A stretch of DNA of 57,075 nt, filler included, from Sphacelaria rigidula (GCA_964200075.2; 8 parts of 8 records of this genome joined end to end with filler, not necessarily neighbours in it), one strand, 5' to 3'. Numbered from the whole stretch's first letter, positions 37,676 through 51,142 are shown. A program made the numbers and translations. Notes: generated by a model from the letters alone, not told the origin.

Positions 37676-38367
37676 GTACATCAGGATTGGAAATGACTGA
37701 CCCCAACCCCCAACGAATCCCCTTTTTGGGCACGATATTTCGGACAAAAACACTTAAACTTCTTTTTAATTCGTATGTTGCCGCTATGTGCCGCGTTTGT
37801 CTTGAGACTTGATCTTGAGGTGCCAAACACATTCGTGTGCTGGAAGGCGACATTAAGAGTGTGTGTACCCGATGAATAAACGTGTAGGGGGACAGCGGGG
37901 TGGGGGGGTGGGGGGAAAATATCGCGCTGACCCGAGTCACTTTCGACGAACGTAGTCAACGTCTTTTGCCGGATACTTGTGCCACTCAGTAGCAACCCAC
38001 CTTGCACCCTTTTTTATGTTTGAAGGCGCAAGCAGCAAGCATGTTTCGCGATATTGCCGTGGAAGTCTTCTTGTGCTAACTGCCGGGAAGGTTGCGGTTG
38101 CTACAACCGAGCCGAAACTTGTCTGACCCGCGGTCACTTTTGACTGTGTCAAGTGCAGTCGACAGTGGTATGGAGCGTGCGAGCCTTGGTGTAAATTGCT
38201 GCAAAATGGTGCTGACCGTCAGGATACGCTCATTGGCAAGCAGAAAGACTACTACGCGAGCAATATCCGAACACTGTTGTGCATTGCACATTCGTAAATA
38301 AGCTAACTTGGAGACCCTGTGCAGAGTACGCCGCCCGCACGACGATCTACTTAGACTACAGAGGCCT

Positions 38368-41300
38368 TCAACAATCACAAGAGAATCGCCTTTTTGCGTG
38401 CCTCGAACGTCCACGCTGGCTTCTAGGTGGCAGGAAACATTTAACCGCCTCCCCCGCTGCGCTGTCTACCGAACAAGACCTGCCACGCTGTTTGCGACCC
38501 TCACGTCCCCGCCCGCCCCTTCCCGTGCTATCTTCTTCTTCTTCTTCTTCTTCTTCTTCTTCGTCCTGATCATCTTCCTCATTACTATCATCCACGCTGC
38601 CATCTTTGGGACCCGCCTCATTTCCAGCTCCCGTCTCACACTGCTGTCGCCCGTCCTGTTGTGTTCCCATCGACCCCGTGGTCGTATTATCGTGTGCTGT
38701 TTTCCGCGGTCTACCCCTTCCGCTCCCAGACTTCGGCTTTGAAGACTGATTGAAAGCGGCTTGTACAAGCTGTTTTTCCGCGCCTGACACAGTGGACTTC
38801 ACGACAAAAGCCTCGGCCTCGACGTCGCTCTGGAGCAGAGCGTACTTGTCTGCGTGTTCCACAGCGACATGATCGTCCATTCCATACTTCCAGAAAAATG
38901 TACTGTGGCTGCACACAAAACTTACACAGCATGGGCAGGTTGGTGCAGGAGGTTGACCTGCTCGACACTTTTGCCGAAGAAAGACGCAGGTGTACCTCCT
39001 CGCCCCGCATGTCCGCCCTAGGCGCGTGACGATAGTTGGGCAGTACTGTTCCGACCTGGTTACACATGGTGGGAGCCTTGGTGAGAACCTTGGTAGAAGA
39101 ACGGCACTGCCCCGACCTGGCAAAACATCCGCAAACATTCCTTTTCCGCAACTCCTCGCGCTGAAGCATGTGGCCGCCGACATGGTGGCGCATTCTTACC
39201 CTCGTCACCTCGACCGCACAGATTGCGCACGCAAGGTATTCGCTTGCGCCTCCCCCCACTGCACAAAATTCCGAGTCGTCCAACGGATGGGAGTGCGTGA
39301 AGTCTTCGTGAAATGAAAGTGGATTCAGGTCGCCAACCTGGTATCGCAGCTGCGGTGGAAGGGCACCCCAGCCCTTCAATTCATCAACCGCGCAAATGAG
39401 AGCCTCCGTCAGCCCCTTGAGCTCACCATGTGTGAACAGGAACGTTTTGAAGTCATCGCTCATGCGAGGATCGAGGGATATCGCAAGACTGGAGGAGATT
39501 GTATGATGATCACGGTGCAGACCTTCGTGCTGCATCCGATCCCACTCCCACGTTCTCTATGCGTCCGCCGATGACCGTCCCTGGACCTCGGTGATCCGTA
39601 AGAGGCTGCCACGCACCTGCCCTCCGAAATTCACAACCCCTGCACCAGCCTTCTTCGCAACAGCAATTGTCTGAAACAAAGCAAAGGAGTACGACCCTAT
39701 GTTACCGGGAGATGCCAAAAATGTAGCAAACAGATCTGTCACTTGAAGAGACACCTCCGTACGTGAGGCGCCATCAGCGGACGGCGTCGGTGTAAACCCC
39801 CTGATCCTAGAGAGACGATCCCGAGAAGCTGATTTAGTCTTAGCATCGAGTTGAAGGGAAATGGCAGTTTGTTTGTACACCTGCGGCGAATATACATCTT
39901 TCAACACGTCCAAAGGTGATAATCTGTGAAGTGTGCGAATTTAGCGTGCCAGTCTTGTGCGAGCAGTGTTGTAAGCTCTGTTTGACGGTGCGGTAAAACG
40001 CCAAACGAACTAGTGTACCCACCGCAACGAGTAAAGGCAAACATCAGTGATATCATTACCGACACCAGATGTACACCGTGTTTCCCGGTAAAGACGTTCA
40101 AGAATCAGTCGATGATCATGCGCAAACGGTACTCCTCCTCTCCCCGGCCCACTCAATCACCTCCTTATGGTTGACATCAACAAACGGAGGAATCTCCTTG
40201 TCCTCAGCTTGCTGCGCAGCAAGTACAATGTCGAGATCGTGCGCTTCTTCCGGTTGGCATCCAGACACAGAAACGGTGGGCGGCTGACCGAGCTGCTGCT
40301 GGTTCTCCTCCCCCCCCTTCTCTTTCTCCTCGGCTGGTATGAGGTTCAACCCAGGCACCGGCTTGTCAGGTCTGTAAGGGTGTCAACATGTCCCTTCCTC
40401 GTTAACAAACACGACGCATGCTTCGCTACTGTCGTGTACCACCGACTCCGCACGAACGGCAACGGAGTCGGTCGTGACGACCGCGCGCTAGGGCAACAGG
40501 CTGTTGCCTCGAGCCCCATCGTGTAAAGCGCTGGGGTAGTTTCGAGAAGCGGGACAGGGGATGTTCAGCGCATAGCCCGAACACGGAGAGCACTCCACTG
40601 GCAACCCCAAGGTCGTGTGCTGTGCAGGGGAAGATGGCGGGTCAACTCCCTCCAAGATGACATCATTATCTCCGCCACCACGACAACTTCCGGGGTCAGT
40701 ATCGTTGCCCACCATCACCTCGACATCACCGGCCTCTGAGTTTCTTCTGTCATCACCTGCGGGATCCAATGTTGCTCTTGCTGGCTCCGTCTGATCTCCG
40801 TTCGATGCAGCTGGGGTCTTCGAAAAGCAGTTCAAAATCGTGAGGTTGGAAATTACTTCGCTCTTCACCACCATTCGCACCCTGGCCATGTGACACAGCA
40901 ACAAAAAACGGTGATAGTTTCTTTCAACGTTTGAGCAGTTCTCATTAACTCCGTCAGGTGCTCAGCAAGACTCCCAGTAACCGTAACACACTCAAACGCT
41001 GTGATGACAAAGGGGACCATATTTTGTCGCGCGTTTTTTTCGCGGCCAAACATTTGAGGCTTCGATACCACCACACGCACGCATTAACGGAAAGCTTACT
41101 TGTGCTTCTCCAAGTCTTTGCGTCTTTCAACGAAGGCTTCAGTTAGTCTTTCACATCTTTGCCGAAGATATGATCGCACGAGCAAATCAACTCGCCGGCA
41201 GTGTTCTTCGTTGCTACGGTAGCGATCGCAAGCTCGGCTTCCTGAGGCTTTGTCGCGTCCCTGCCGCACAAGTTAGAAACAGCACGCATGTCACAACATT

Positions 41301-42376
41301 CAAGAGATACACTATCAAGTTCAGGTAAGGGTGCAAGTGCATACCTCGGGCATAGGGTTCATCAGCGTACGTTTCCCTTCGACACGTCACTTGGACGATG
41401 TGAATGGTTGGTCATTTCATGGAGAAAGTGCAGGAGCAATATTGTGTGAAATTCAGACCCTGGCAAATAGAACGTGCTTTTGCCTGGCAGACGCCTCGTG
41501 CTGTTTCAGCTGAGCCTCTCCCATTCCCCCCCCTGTAGTGTCGAAAGGCTGCTTGCAAACCTTGCACACCAGCTTCCCCGGTTTAGTCTCCCGCAAAAGC
41601 CTCACGATGAGCGCTGCAATCGACTCCATTGCAGCGGATCATGTTTATCTGCTGATGATAGCGCTGGTCGAGTTGGAAAATCCGGGGGATGATGGTGCGG
41701 GGGGCTAATCGGTTTTCGTCTTCACATTTTTTGCGTGTTAAGGGCACGTCAGCTAAGCGAACTCTGATTTTCTGGTGTGCAAGCAACACTAGAATTCCGT
41801 TTTCGGAATGGCAATCAAAGCCGATACATTGCCCGATCCAAACGAATTAAGAACTTTGATTGCAATGAAGGTGGGCTGTAGTGCAGCGTGCGTAAGGCGT
41901 TGACTTGTCACGATATGGTTTGACAAATACGCCGGGTCTCAAAGACAACCGACCTCCTGCAAAGGTAGAAATTGTACTGAGATATATATTGCCGCAAAGG
42001 GGTCCTGGCAATTTGGCGTGGCCGAAAATGGCTCCGCCGCAGGGTGTTTTGTGAGATTCACACAACAAGCTCCCACAAACAACAACCACTGCGCCTGGCA
42101 TACTTGATGTCACGTTGCAATTTTGTATAATCGCACTCCCTGTAATCTGATGTTCGTGCGGCGTTGGCTGCTCATGTACCTATATTGTCTCACTCTGGTG
42201 CGCCATCAGTACATGTTCTGTTCAGTGCTTGCTGTTCTGCTGCTAACGACACCCAAACAAGCTCACCTTGCATCGGATGTGTTGGTATTCTCAGCTTCCA
42301 CGCTTTTCTCCACTGCCTGTGAAGCGCCTCCATCAGTCAAATTACCAACCTCTGTTGCGGCGCTGGTATTGGCCAT
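38368..42376 (-). pseudogene. Pseudogenised intron-containing multi-zinc-finger gene, probably transposon-derived
   Basis: First exon 42376-42267 (GTGAG donor). Zn-finger-like pieces: CKVCKQPF...KQHEAS and LICSCDH. Intron 40160-39881 joins PFVDVNHKE|VYKQ...SRDRLSRIRGF. The C-terminal Cys/His cluster CAIC...MRHHVGGH...CTNLPMLCKFC...WKYGMDDH is followed by an AT-hook (GRGRPRK) and an acidic tract. In-frame stops and frameshifts are present. Confidence 0.6.
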
Positions 42377-42899
42377 CCTCTCGGCTGGCACATTTTGATT
42401 GCGGTCTGCAGCACACACTATTGACTGTAGCTGCAAACCCAAGATTTTCCTCTTCTTTATCTTATTTCCCTCACAATAGATTGAAAAATCAGCTAAGCCC
42501 GTCAATCACGGAGTACACATACGACCGTTCAATGTACGCATTTATATTAATACATACGTACGCGTATCACCCATCTCTCACTGTAAAATGTAAACTATGG
42601 CTCACTACTCAAGCTCTACCTAATGCTTAAAGCAATGCTGGAGAGGACCACACCCGCTGAAAGGTGTACGATCTGTAGTGGTCGATGTCCAGCTTCGACA
42701 CATGTTGTTGTTTGACCTCGCTTCTGTTAAGGAATACGGTAGTCGTGGAAACCGTTGTACTCCTCTTGGCAGGTGACTGCAGNNNNNNNNNNNNNNNNNN
42801 NNNNNNNNNNNNNNNNNNNNNNNNNNTTAATTAATTAANNNNNNNNNNNNNNNNNNNNNNNNNNNNNNNNNNNNNNNNNNNNGCGGCCGTCGGCGAGGC

Positions 42900-43045
42900 C
42901 GTACTCATTTGTTGCTTACCTTAGTCGTTTGACCATTGACCACGCATCCCTTTCGAGACGGAGCACCATTCCTACCCCTAATAGAGACACCTCCGACCTT
43001 CCGGCGCTCATGACGTCTCTCCCATACAATGCACAACCTTTTTTC
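42900..43045 (-). mobile_element. LINE family A 5'-truncated copy
   Basis: Homologous to 7490-7636, with a G-rich run at its 5' junction (43047-43066). There is no C-run at its 3' end. Confidence 0.8.
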
Positions 43046-43159
43046 TGGGGGGGGGCGGGGAGGGGGATACGAATTTGGGACTGGCGATGGCCCCTGGGAA
43101 AATCCATCTCACGGATTCCATTCTTGACACCTAATTTCGCATTTCGAAGTATATCTCAC

Positions 43160-43267
43160 CTGTTTGCAGGATCTACACCAGGGCATGTAGGTCACGATCA
43201 CCACGAGGTCTCCGGATAATGACTCGTCTACCACATTCAGAAATTGATGAACGCCACCCGTGATGGG
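43160..43267 (-). CDS. Thioredoxin-domain exon with WCRSC active site
   Basis: 108-bp phase-0 exon with CAG|...|GTGAG boundaries: PITGGVHQFLNVVDESLSGDLVVIVTYMPWCRSCKQ. Confidence 0.72.
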
Positions 43268-43280
43268 CTGTTCCACGAAC

Positions 43281-43441
43281 AAAGCAGAAGCAAAAGCAGA
43301 AGCAAAAGCAGAAGCAAAAGCAGAAGCAAAAGCAACAGCAAAAGCATAAGCAAGGGTAAGGACGCAAGCCCAAGAAATACTTGATGAACAAGAAAAGGCG
43401 AGTTGACAAGTAGGCAACCAAGCAGGATGAATCGGACTACG

Positions 43442-43487
<46 letters not shown>
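43281..43487. repeat. Microsatellites (GCAGAAGCAAAA)n and (CAA)n
   Basis: Seen directly; intronic, upstream of the thioredoxin exon. Confidence 0.9.
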
Positions 43488-44415
43488 GAGAAGAAAACAG
43501 CGAAAAATGAAGAAGCAAGCAGCGACAGCAAGCAGGTGAGGGCATACGAAAAAATGAGAGAGAATCGCATTGCACAGGGTAAATGGCAGTCATAAGAGAT
43601 ATCAATGTTAACAGGATAGCCCCCTCTCGACAACCCGCTGTTTAGGAAGCAGAACATGCTGCTGTACCGCCGAGGTTGATGCAGGATGTAACGGATTGCT
43701 GCCTTGTGTGTGTGCATGTTACAACTACGCAAAGCGCACGACGGTCCGAAAAGGCAATATCACTACGATAGATCGGTGGGTGGGTTGATAATCACACGTG
43801 AAGTCATCCTCCATGAACCCAGCCACGGTCACAAGATACAGGTGTGCACACAATGTGAATACGGTGCATGGAAACGTTACTCAATGACAAGAGAGGTGGG
43901 GGGGGGGGGGGGGGGGGGGGGGCAAGGGGTCTTACTGACGGGGCAATTTGTTTCAGGTTTTCCATCATTTATTTTTTTGACGAGCTGGATTTTTTTCTCC
44001 GACTTGTCCCAAAAAAAAATGAATACTTTCCCGACCGACGCGAGATTTTAGGCGAAAGCTGTACCGTAGTTAGTCGTAAATTGATCTCATATCTGACTCG
44101 GTGGAAGCCAAATGGAAGATAATTAGTAGGCTTCGGGCCGAACAATTTCAGCAGGGTNNNNNNNNCTTTGTAGGGATGCGAGGTCAATGGTCTTACGACT
44201 ATGGCATGCATGATCATGAGTACACCCCCCAACCCCCCAAAACAACGGCACGGGACCCATACATGAGGATGGTTTTGTGGTGAAAGAAACTATTTGCGCG
44301 AAGCGCGATCATGGCTGAGCGTTCAAGATCGGCACCCGGCAGACTCTGAGGACCCGTCTAAAACCAGCCGAAGAACTAAAACATGGAAAATGTCCTGTTT
44401 CACTGTACTACAGCA

Positions 44416-44765
44416 GCCGGTCGCCCCGGTGGCTCAGTTGATAACCTCGAACCTTCCTGACGGTTGGGTCGTAGGTTCAAATCTCGGAGTGATCCAGGAT
44501 TTTTTCTCACACCATGGCCAACAGTGGAGAGCTACCTTGTTGTGGGTACACAAAATTCGTCTTAATGGTCGACGAGGAAACGGGACTGCTGAACCCCTCT
44601 CGCGATAAAAAATAAAAAGGCAAGCACTGCAGATGGAAGGCAGCGTACTAAAAACAAAAAACAATAAAAGCTCCTGTGTTGACCTTCCTCCTGTGTGACC
44701 CCGGCTGGCGCGCCCACATATACTGAAAGGCGTAGACCGGCGCCCAGAATAGATGGGACAACAAC
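44416..44765 (+). mobile_element. Full-length tRNA-derived SINE with 9-bp TSD
   Basis: A-box TGGCTCAGTTGA and B-box GGTTCAAATC; ACTACAGCA at 44407-44415 and 44766-44774. Confidence 0.9.
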
Positions 44766-45230
44766 ACTACAGCACACACACACGCACGTCCGCTCTCATG
44801 TGCTGTAGTTGTCACTGTTTTGTGGTGTGATTAGACCTTGCGAAAACGGTTTCGTCTCCGCTAAAATTGCCTGAGCTGCTGAATGGTTATGTCCGTCTTT
44901 CTGTAACATCTAGTACCAGTCGGGACGCAGTGCAGTCCACACACTTGACTGTTGAAAACTTCATGGTACCCAGACCCATCGCTTGCGCCATACCGAACAT
45001 GGCTGGGTAAAGGCAAAAACTAGCGCCGGTATACACCGCTGGATCGGCTGGGCCAGACCTACTGCTCCGATGAAAGGAGCAATCCACAGCATAGTGCGGA
45101 TACACTGCACCCCCAGGGTACTGCTTGCTCGCACTGTGCACCCGTCAGCATGGCGTCTGCTGGCGCTGGCAGCGGTACCAGCGCTCGCGGTCATGAAAAA
45201 ACACAACAAGCCATACGAAGATGGGGATAC

Positions 45231-45674
45231 ATACAACCCGGAAATTTTCAAATTGGGCATGTATCTTTTATTAGGGATGAAATCCCGGAGGATTCAAATC
45301 TTCGTATCCACACCAAATCTTCGAAGTATCCTTCCACTTCTTCACTTGCTGGTAGCTATTGGCAACTACCACACACCATGCAAATTTGGATTCCGATAAC
45401 CGAAATGTCGGGGTCCTAGGTGAAAAACCAATTTTGGGGGTTTTCGGTCGGGGTTTCGCACGCCAAAATTGGTATTCACCTAGGACCCCGACATTTCGGT
45501 GATCGAAATCGAAATTTGTTTGGCGTGTAGTAGTTGTCAATAGCTACCAGCAAGTGAAGAAATGGAAGCATACCTTTGAGGATTTGGTGTGGATACGACG
45601 ATTTTGATTATCCGGGTTTTCATCCCCAATAGGGTAAAATATCCATCCCCAATTTGTAAAATCTCGTGTTATAT
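45231..45674. mobile_element. Long foldback element (~205-bp inverted arms, short loop)
   Basis: The arms are reverse complements along their length, e.g. CCGAAATGTCGGGGTCCTAGGTGAA / TTCACCTAGGACCCCGACATTTCGG. Confidence 0.85.
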
Positions 45675-45944
45675 ACTGACACGAGAGCATCGCAATGATC
45701 TCCTACGGCGGCAATGTACCACTCGCTGTATGCTTGTTTACTTCCGGCTTCATTTCTCTACTGCCGTTCTATCCGTCCCGGCGCTACTGTTCATCCCTGT
45801 ACTGTAGTTCGTGCACTATGGGTGAGTGTGCGAGCCAATCACAAGAATTCTTCACTAGATAATTCACGACGAAGGCCGCATTTCATTGGCGCTAGATTCC
45901 GCCGATTCCCCACTGGGGGGCTTCTGATTGATTGAATTTTTCAC

Positions 45945-46222
45945 ATTCGACTACAATATATATATATATCCCAATATATGAGCGTAGTTCCAAAACAACC
46001 GCAAAACTGTCCACAAATAAAATGGTAATACAGCGCATGATAGGTGGCTCTAGACTGCACGAAACGCTTCGTACAGGTGACATTGGCGAAAACGATCCCA
46101 TAGGTGCGAGCATCCAGTTGCTCGGTGTGCTCAGCCTTTGTCACTTCGATTCGGGTGTAGATTGTGCCTCCTCACACCAGCCACTTTTTTTTTCGGGGGG
46201 AGGGGGGGAAGGGCGATCGTGG
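45945..46222. mobile_element. Diverged inverted copy of the 55285-55538 MITE
   Basis: Internal similarity (GACATTGGCGAAAA..., CAGCGC.TGAT) and G-run end. Confidence 0.55.
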
Positions 46223-46571
46223 CATCACTCAGTATGGCAAAACTAACTGAGAAGATATCAGCGATGTAGTATTTTTTATTTTTGATCGAAAAACAAATAG
46301 GCCGAACTAGATGCGCGCACAAAAAAAAAGGCCCAGTACATTTTTTTTGTGCATTGCATGCAACTTGCGTTATAGTAAAAAATTATTTTAAAAAAAAATG
46401 TGTTTGGATGGTTGTTTTACTTTCAGTTTTGGACAAGGGGGAATCAATATCGATACACATGATAAGCTGCCCTCTGTGCACGATCCAGCAGCGAAAAAGA
46501 GGGCAAAAAGAGCACGGCAACAAGAGATGACAACGAAGTGTCAACAGTATAATTAGGCCCATTATTATCGA

Positions 46572-46814
46572 CACTGTTTTTTCAGAGATCTCAGAAACTT
46601 GCGGAGTCTTCGGACTCTACGTGCAGACTTCTCCGAGAACGAAGCGGCTCGATTTTCTCCAACGCTTCGTTCTTGGAAAAGTCCGCAAAATTCGGACTGC
46701 AACGCGGAACTTCGGAGAGCTACCTTGTGAAAACGCCGTGGCGCTCCCAAGCATTCGAAAATCATCAGATACATGGCAGTCCCGACTATCTCAGAGATCT
46801 CCGAAAAAACAGTG
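46572..46814. mobile_element. MITE, TIR CACTGTTTTTTC(A/G)GAGATCTC
   Basis: Near-perfect 21-bp TIRs. Confidence 0.75.
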
Positions 46815-47482
46815 TAGATGATAATGTGCCATATAGTGGATTAGGGTCTCATCTCTGCCCCACCGGAAGCATTGCGTCATTCGCTGGGTCCTCACCGTAA
46901 CGAATCGAAAATCCTCTAGATGATGACCACCAGAAGAGGAAGATGACCGCTGAGGGGGTTCGGCGAGCGCCATGACTGCTGTCGAAGCGGCCCGTCTCCT
47001 CGATGACCTCCGGCCTCCCTGTTTCTCCCGACATACACGATACATGCGTTCGATAATTGTTGAACGGGGGGGGGGGGGATCATGTCGCATCGCCTTCTTT
47101 CACGGCAGTGATCCTGCACGCATTTTCGGAGCAGTCTTACGTCATACATGCTACGGAAGGGATCATTCTGCAGAGATACAGAAAAATAGACGACGGCGTA
47201 CATAATTCCGATCGGACTTTTCGTGTATACATACATATATGTATATATGATCAGGGAGGAAATAATTTGTTTGCAGCACATTTGGGATCATCAACAACAC
47301 ATACGGTACACACACCTGGAAAAGAAGAATGAATACGAAGCAAAAGAGTAGCAGCAGTAAAGATAAGTGAGAACTGGACCAACTACGGAACAGCACCGTA
47401 CTGCACTACACACCGCGTGGAACTGCCCCCCACAACGAGCAAGTATGAATATTTACTGAGAGGCCGTTCGACTATGATTATA

Positions 47483-48082
47483 TTTCCTCTGTCCCATGAG
47501 TAAAGTCCGTTATGATCACACGGACCCTTACCCGTGTACAATGCGGCAGGCGATTTTTTTTTTCAATGTTCAGGGTTTCTTCAGTTGAATAACGTATTTT
47601 TTTCTTCTGTTTGCGCAGCAGCCAGCGTGCCCGAGCGGCCAATAAACGGTCAGTCGGCCCGAAAATGGCCATATTTCGCCCCTTTACCAGAACACAAAGA
47701 AGAACCCTGAAAACCCGAAAACGACGAACATCGCGAGAAAAACGTAACTGGCTCTTCTGCTCCGGGTCATTGCTGGCATACGATAGCTACGCCTAGTCCG
47801 AAATCACTCTTGTACATTGCAGCCTGCAATTACTTCAAAACAAGCCAAATTCGTCGAAATTCGACCGGAAATGTACGGATTGGACGGAATTTGGTCGAAA
47901 ATTGGCCATGATTGACCCAACGTTTCTAAGCTTGTAGGTCGATTATTTTATTCTTGACCATTCCAGTGGCCATTTCCACAACTATATATTTTGAAGTAAC
48001 CTAACCATAACATCGTGAGCATCTCCGTTGGCGAGGTACGGCCTATCCCCCATAACGGACTTTACCCATGAGACATAGGGAG
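47483..48082. mobile_element. Stowaway-like MITE
   Basis: TA|TTTCCTCTGTCCCATGAGTAAAGTCCGTTATG ... CATAACGGACTTTACCCATGAGACATAGGGAG; resembles the Stowaway TIR CTCCCTCCGT. Confidence 0.75.
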
Positions 48083-48267
48083 TGCTTCCTCGTTACTATT
48101 TTTCATTCACCTAGATTCTGCGGGAGAAGTTTTCCTGCAGTTGTCTGCCTATTGATGTACCAGCAAACATAACGACGACGGCGTGCAAGCCATGCGGGTG
48201 AACTACATGCAGCATACGTGGTCTGCGGGTGGGGTCGAAATATTCCACACACCCCATCATGACAATA

Positions 48268-48886
48268 CTTCCTCTGTGCCAAAAGTAAAAGCTCCTCATG
48301 GGCGTTCAATCGTTTGAGTATTTCAACGTTGACGATTATCCTATGGTTGAGTTCGTTAAAAAGGTGAAGCGCGGACGAAGCTGATAAAGGAAAAAAACGA
48401 AAAAAAACGAAAAAAACGGGGGGGGGAAACATGCTTTCAAAACTAAAATCATGTCGAATATATACCCCATTTTGACCCTCTTTGATCCATTTATACCCCA
48501 TCGTTGACCGATTTTGGACGTTTTCACGTCGAGCTCTGGCAATTACACGCTAAAAAAATGTTGGATGGGACGTACGTAGTTGAACATCACGAACATTTCC
48601 AAAATCAAATGTGGTTTCGTGATTTCCACATTTTTTGGCCCATTTTTCGCGATTTTTCGTGTTTCCGGGTCTCTCATGCTTTCCTGAGAAAACGAGCGAA
48701 AAATGGCCGTTTTTGGACCGACCTCATTTCTCTCGGCCGCGCGGCTGCATGGGTCAAGCACCCACGTTGTATGGAAAGACTGTTGGTTTTAGCTCAAAAA
48801 ACGCCGACGAATGCAAACAAAAGAAAATATCACACCGTTGGGGGTCCGTGCAATCATAAGGACCTTTACTTATGGCACAGAGGAAG
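48268..48886. mobile_element. Stowaway-like MITE, same family, opposite orientation
   Basis: TA|CTTCCTCTGTGCCA ... TGGCACAGAGGAAG|TA; internal homology to 47483-48082. Confidence 0.8.
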
Positions 48887-51142
48887 TATATGGTCAATAG
48901 ATGCAATAGACAAGAAATGTACCGAGTACAGTATGGACCTATTGCAACTATCGACGGCCGACAATAGTGGCGAGAGGTTTATACTTTACCCAAGGAATGT
49001 ACTGCGTACAGTATGAAGTATTTTTGTCTCTCGCAACAGGCGCAATAGTCGATACTGTACGCTGTACACTTTTTGATCGTGTATTCTTTTGTCCAGGGTA
49101 TGATATCTTCGATGGATCAAATCGCTTGATTGATTGGTCATCCTCCATTATTATTACCAGTTGCTGAGCGGAGCCGCTCCGTGCCAGCTACGAATACAGC
49201 CTCGGTCGGATGGTAGTAATGGGCGTACCCCATTGACACGCAAAACGCTCGTGGAATGGAACTCGACTACTGTACGGATAAATACATCACAAGAACAGCG
49301 CGGAAAAAGTGTCGGGGACAATGTAATAAGAGTTTGAAGAAAAGTGTCACGCATAGTGTGGCACTTGAAAAAAATGTTGGAAAATACAGGAAACAAAAAA
49401 ATCAGCAGTAGCAAAGGGAAAGAGACGCCAACTGTACTACAACCAGCAGCTAAACTCCGGGACGATGCCTCCCCTTTTTATGTTTGAGCCTTTGGAACGT
49501 GGATAATGACCTGGCAGATAGACTACAAACGAGCGGAAGGTCACTCCCAAGTTTTGAAGAAATAACAATTATGAACGCAAAAAAAATCGTGTTCAACAGC
49601 ATATATGTCTCGGCATGCTGTAAAAAGTAACGAAATCCTCGAAGGGAAAAAATGGCTTCAAGCGTAGGAGAGATTGACAAGAAAGGGGTATGGTACAAAC
49701 TGCCGTCTGGGACACTGAGCTAGCTGGCGCCGTGTAGCTGTATCTTGATGAAACAAAAAACTGTAGAACGTTGTGCACGTCGCACAGCTCATTGGCTACA
49801 TGAAGCAGCCGAGGGAAGAGGAGTGCGGGTTACAATTGCAGTTGAAAAAAGAATCTGACTAGAGGGGGAAATGCGAGACGTGAACAAAGGTGGCATGAAA
49901 TCGTTCTATGCACTAGACAGTAGGGAGAANNNNNNNNNNNNNNNNNNNNNNNNNNNNNNNNNNNNNNNNNNNNTTAATTAATTAANNNNNNNNNNNNNNN
50001 NNNNNNNNNNNNNNNNNNNNNNNNNNNNNTTTTATGGCGCCATCGCCAACCGCCGCCAACCCCATCGGGGGTCCGCCCCTACAAAGCCGGGACGGAGCAC
50101 GCCGGGTTCTCGCCGGACCAGGCTAAAGAAACAGGGAGGGGGGGGGGGGTGCAAAAGATGGTCGAGAGGTGGACACACTCGTCGCTCACTGTGACACGTA
50201 TTCAGGGTACTTGGACATGTGAAACGTCGTTCAGATCGACATTCTCCTCCCACTTATCGGTCTGTACATCCGTTCATGTACAGCTCTACCCATTTGCTCA
50301 ACGATAATGCAAAATATTGACAAGAGTAGGGGACTCTTCTAGTGTGCAGGGGAACCCAAGTGCTGTGATGCTTGGAAACATTAACAACATATCGGCGGAT
50401 TGAATGTTCGATTGCTGGCAGTCTACCAGATATTCATTCGTTTCATTGTTTTCCGAATGTTTTCGGAAGAATCGTACGTGATACCTTCGGCATAATTATT
50501 GACCGTGTGCGGTACGGAGAGTAAGCGAGTATGGCTCATCATGCCGAATAAACGATGGGCGTTCCAAAATGCTGATGAGTGGATTTTTCATTTTGTTGCC
50601 TTTTTTACTCAACAGAAACTCCTAGCTGGGCCGCGTTCCCGGTGCACCAGTCAGATAGACAATACTTACGATACGGCGGCGGGCGGGGGGGGGGGGGGGG
50701 GGCGCTTCCTCCGATAGAGGGACATTAATCATTTGTCAATAAAATGTCCCATGAAACTCGTCCAAGGCACTCGTGCTTTCTTATGCATCCCGTTCATACA
50801 AGTGCTGTCCCTCCTTCACGAGTTGAGGTGAACCAACTGTTACAGACACACGAAGCCGGAGCAGCTACAGTGCACGCGTCTCGAAATACAATAATGGTAC
50901 AACAATTCACACATCCAACATATTAACAACAACATGTCAAGAACCGCACGCATATTATGCTTGCACAGTTCGCACAAATTTCCCTTCCCTACCTCAAGTG
51001 CCGTCAAACACACCGTCAAGTCTGCATCCCGTGGGCCTCGAGGTAATCTCGTTTCACACGCAAACTCCGGTTCTTCCGTCTCTATTGGGATAATATGCTA
51101 TTTGTGTGTGTTGGCGTTTGATTCCACGGTTTGAACAAAGTA

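Noticed and set aside
43109-43732. Poly-Cys/poly-Leu ORFs
   Set aside because: These are microsatellite translations; only 43160-43267 is exon-like.
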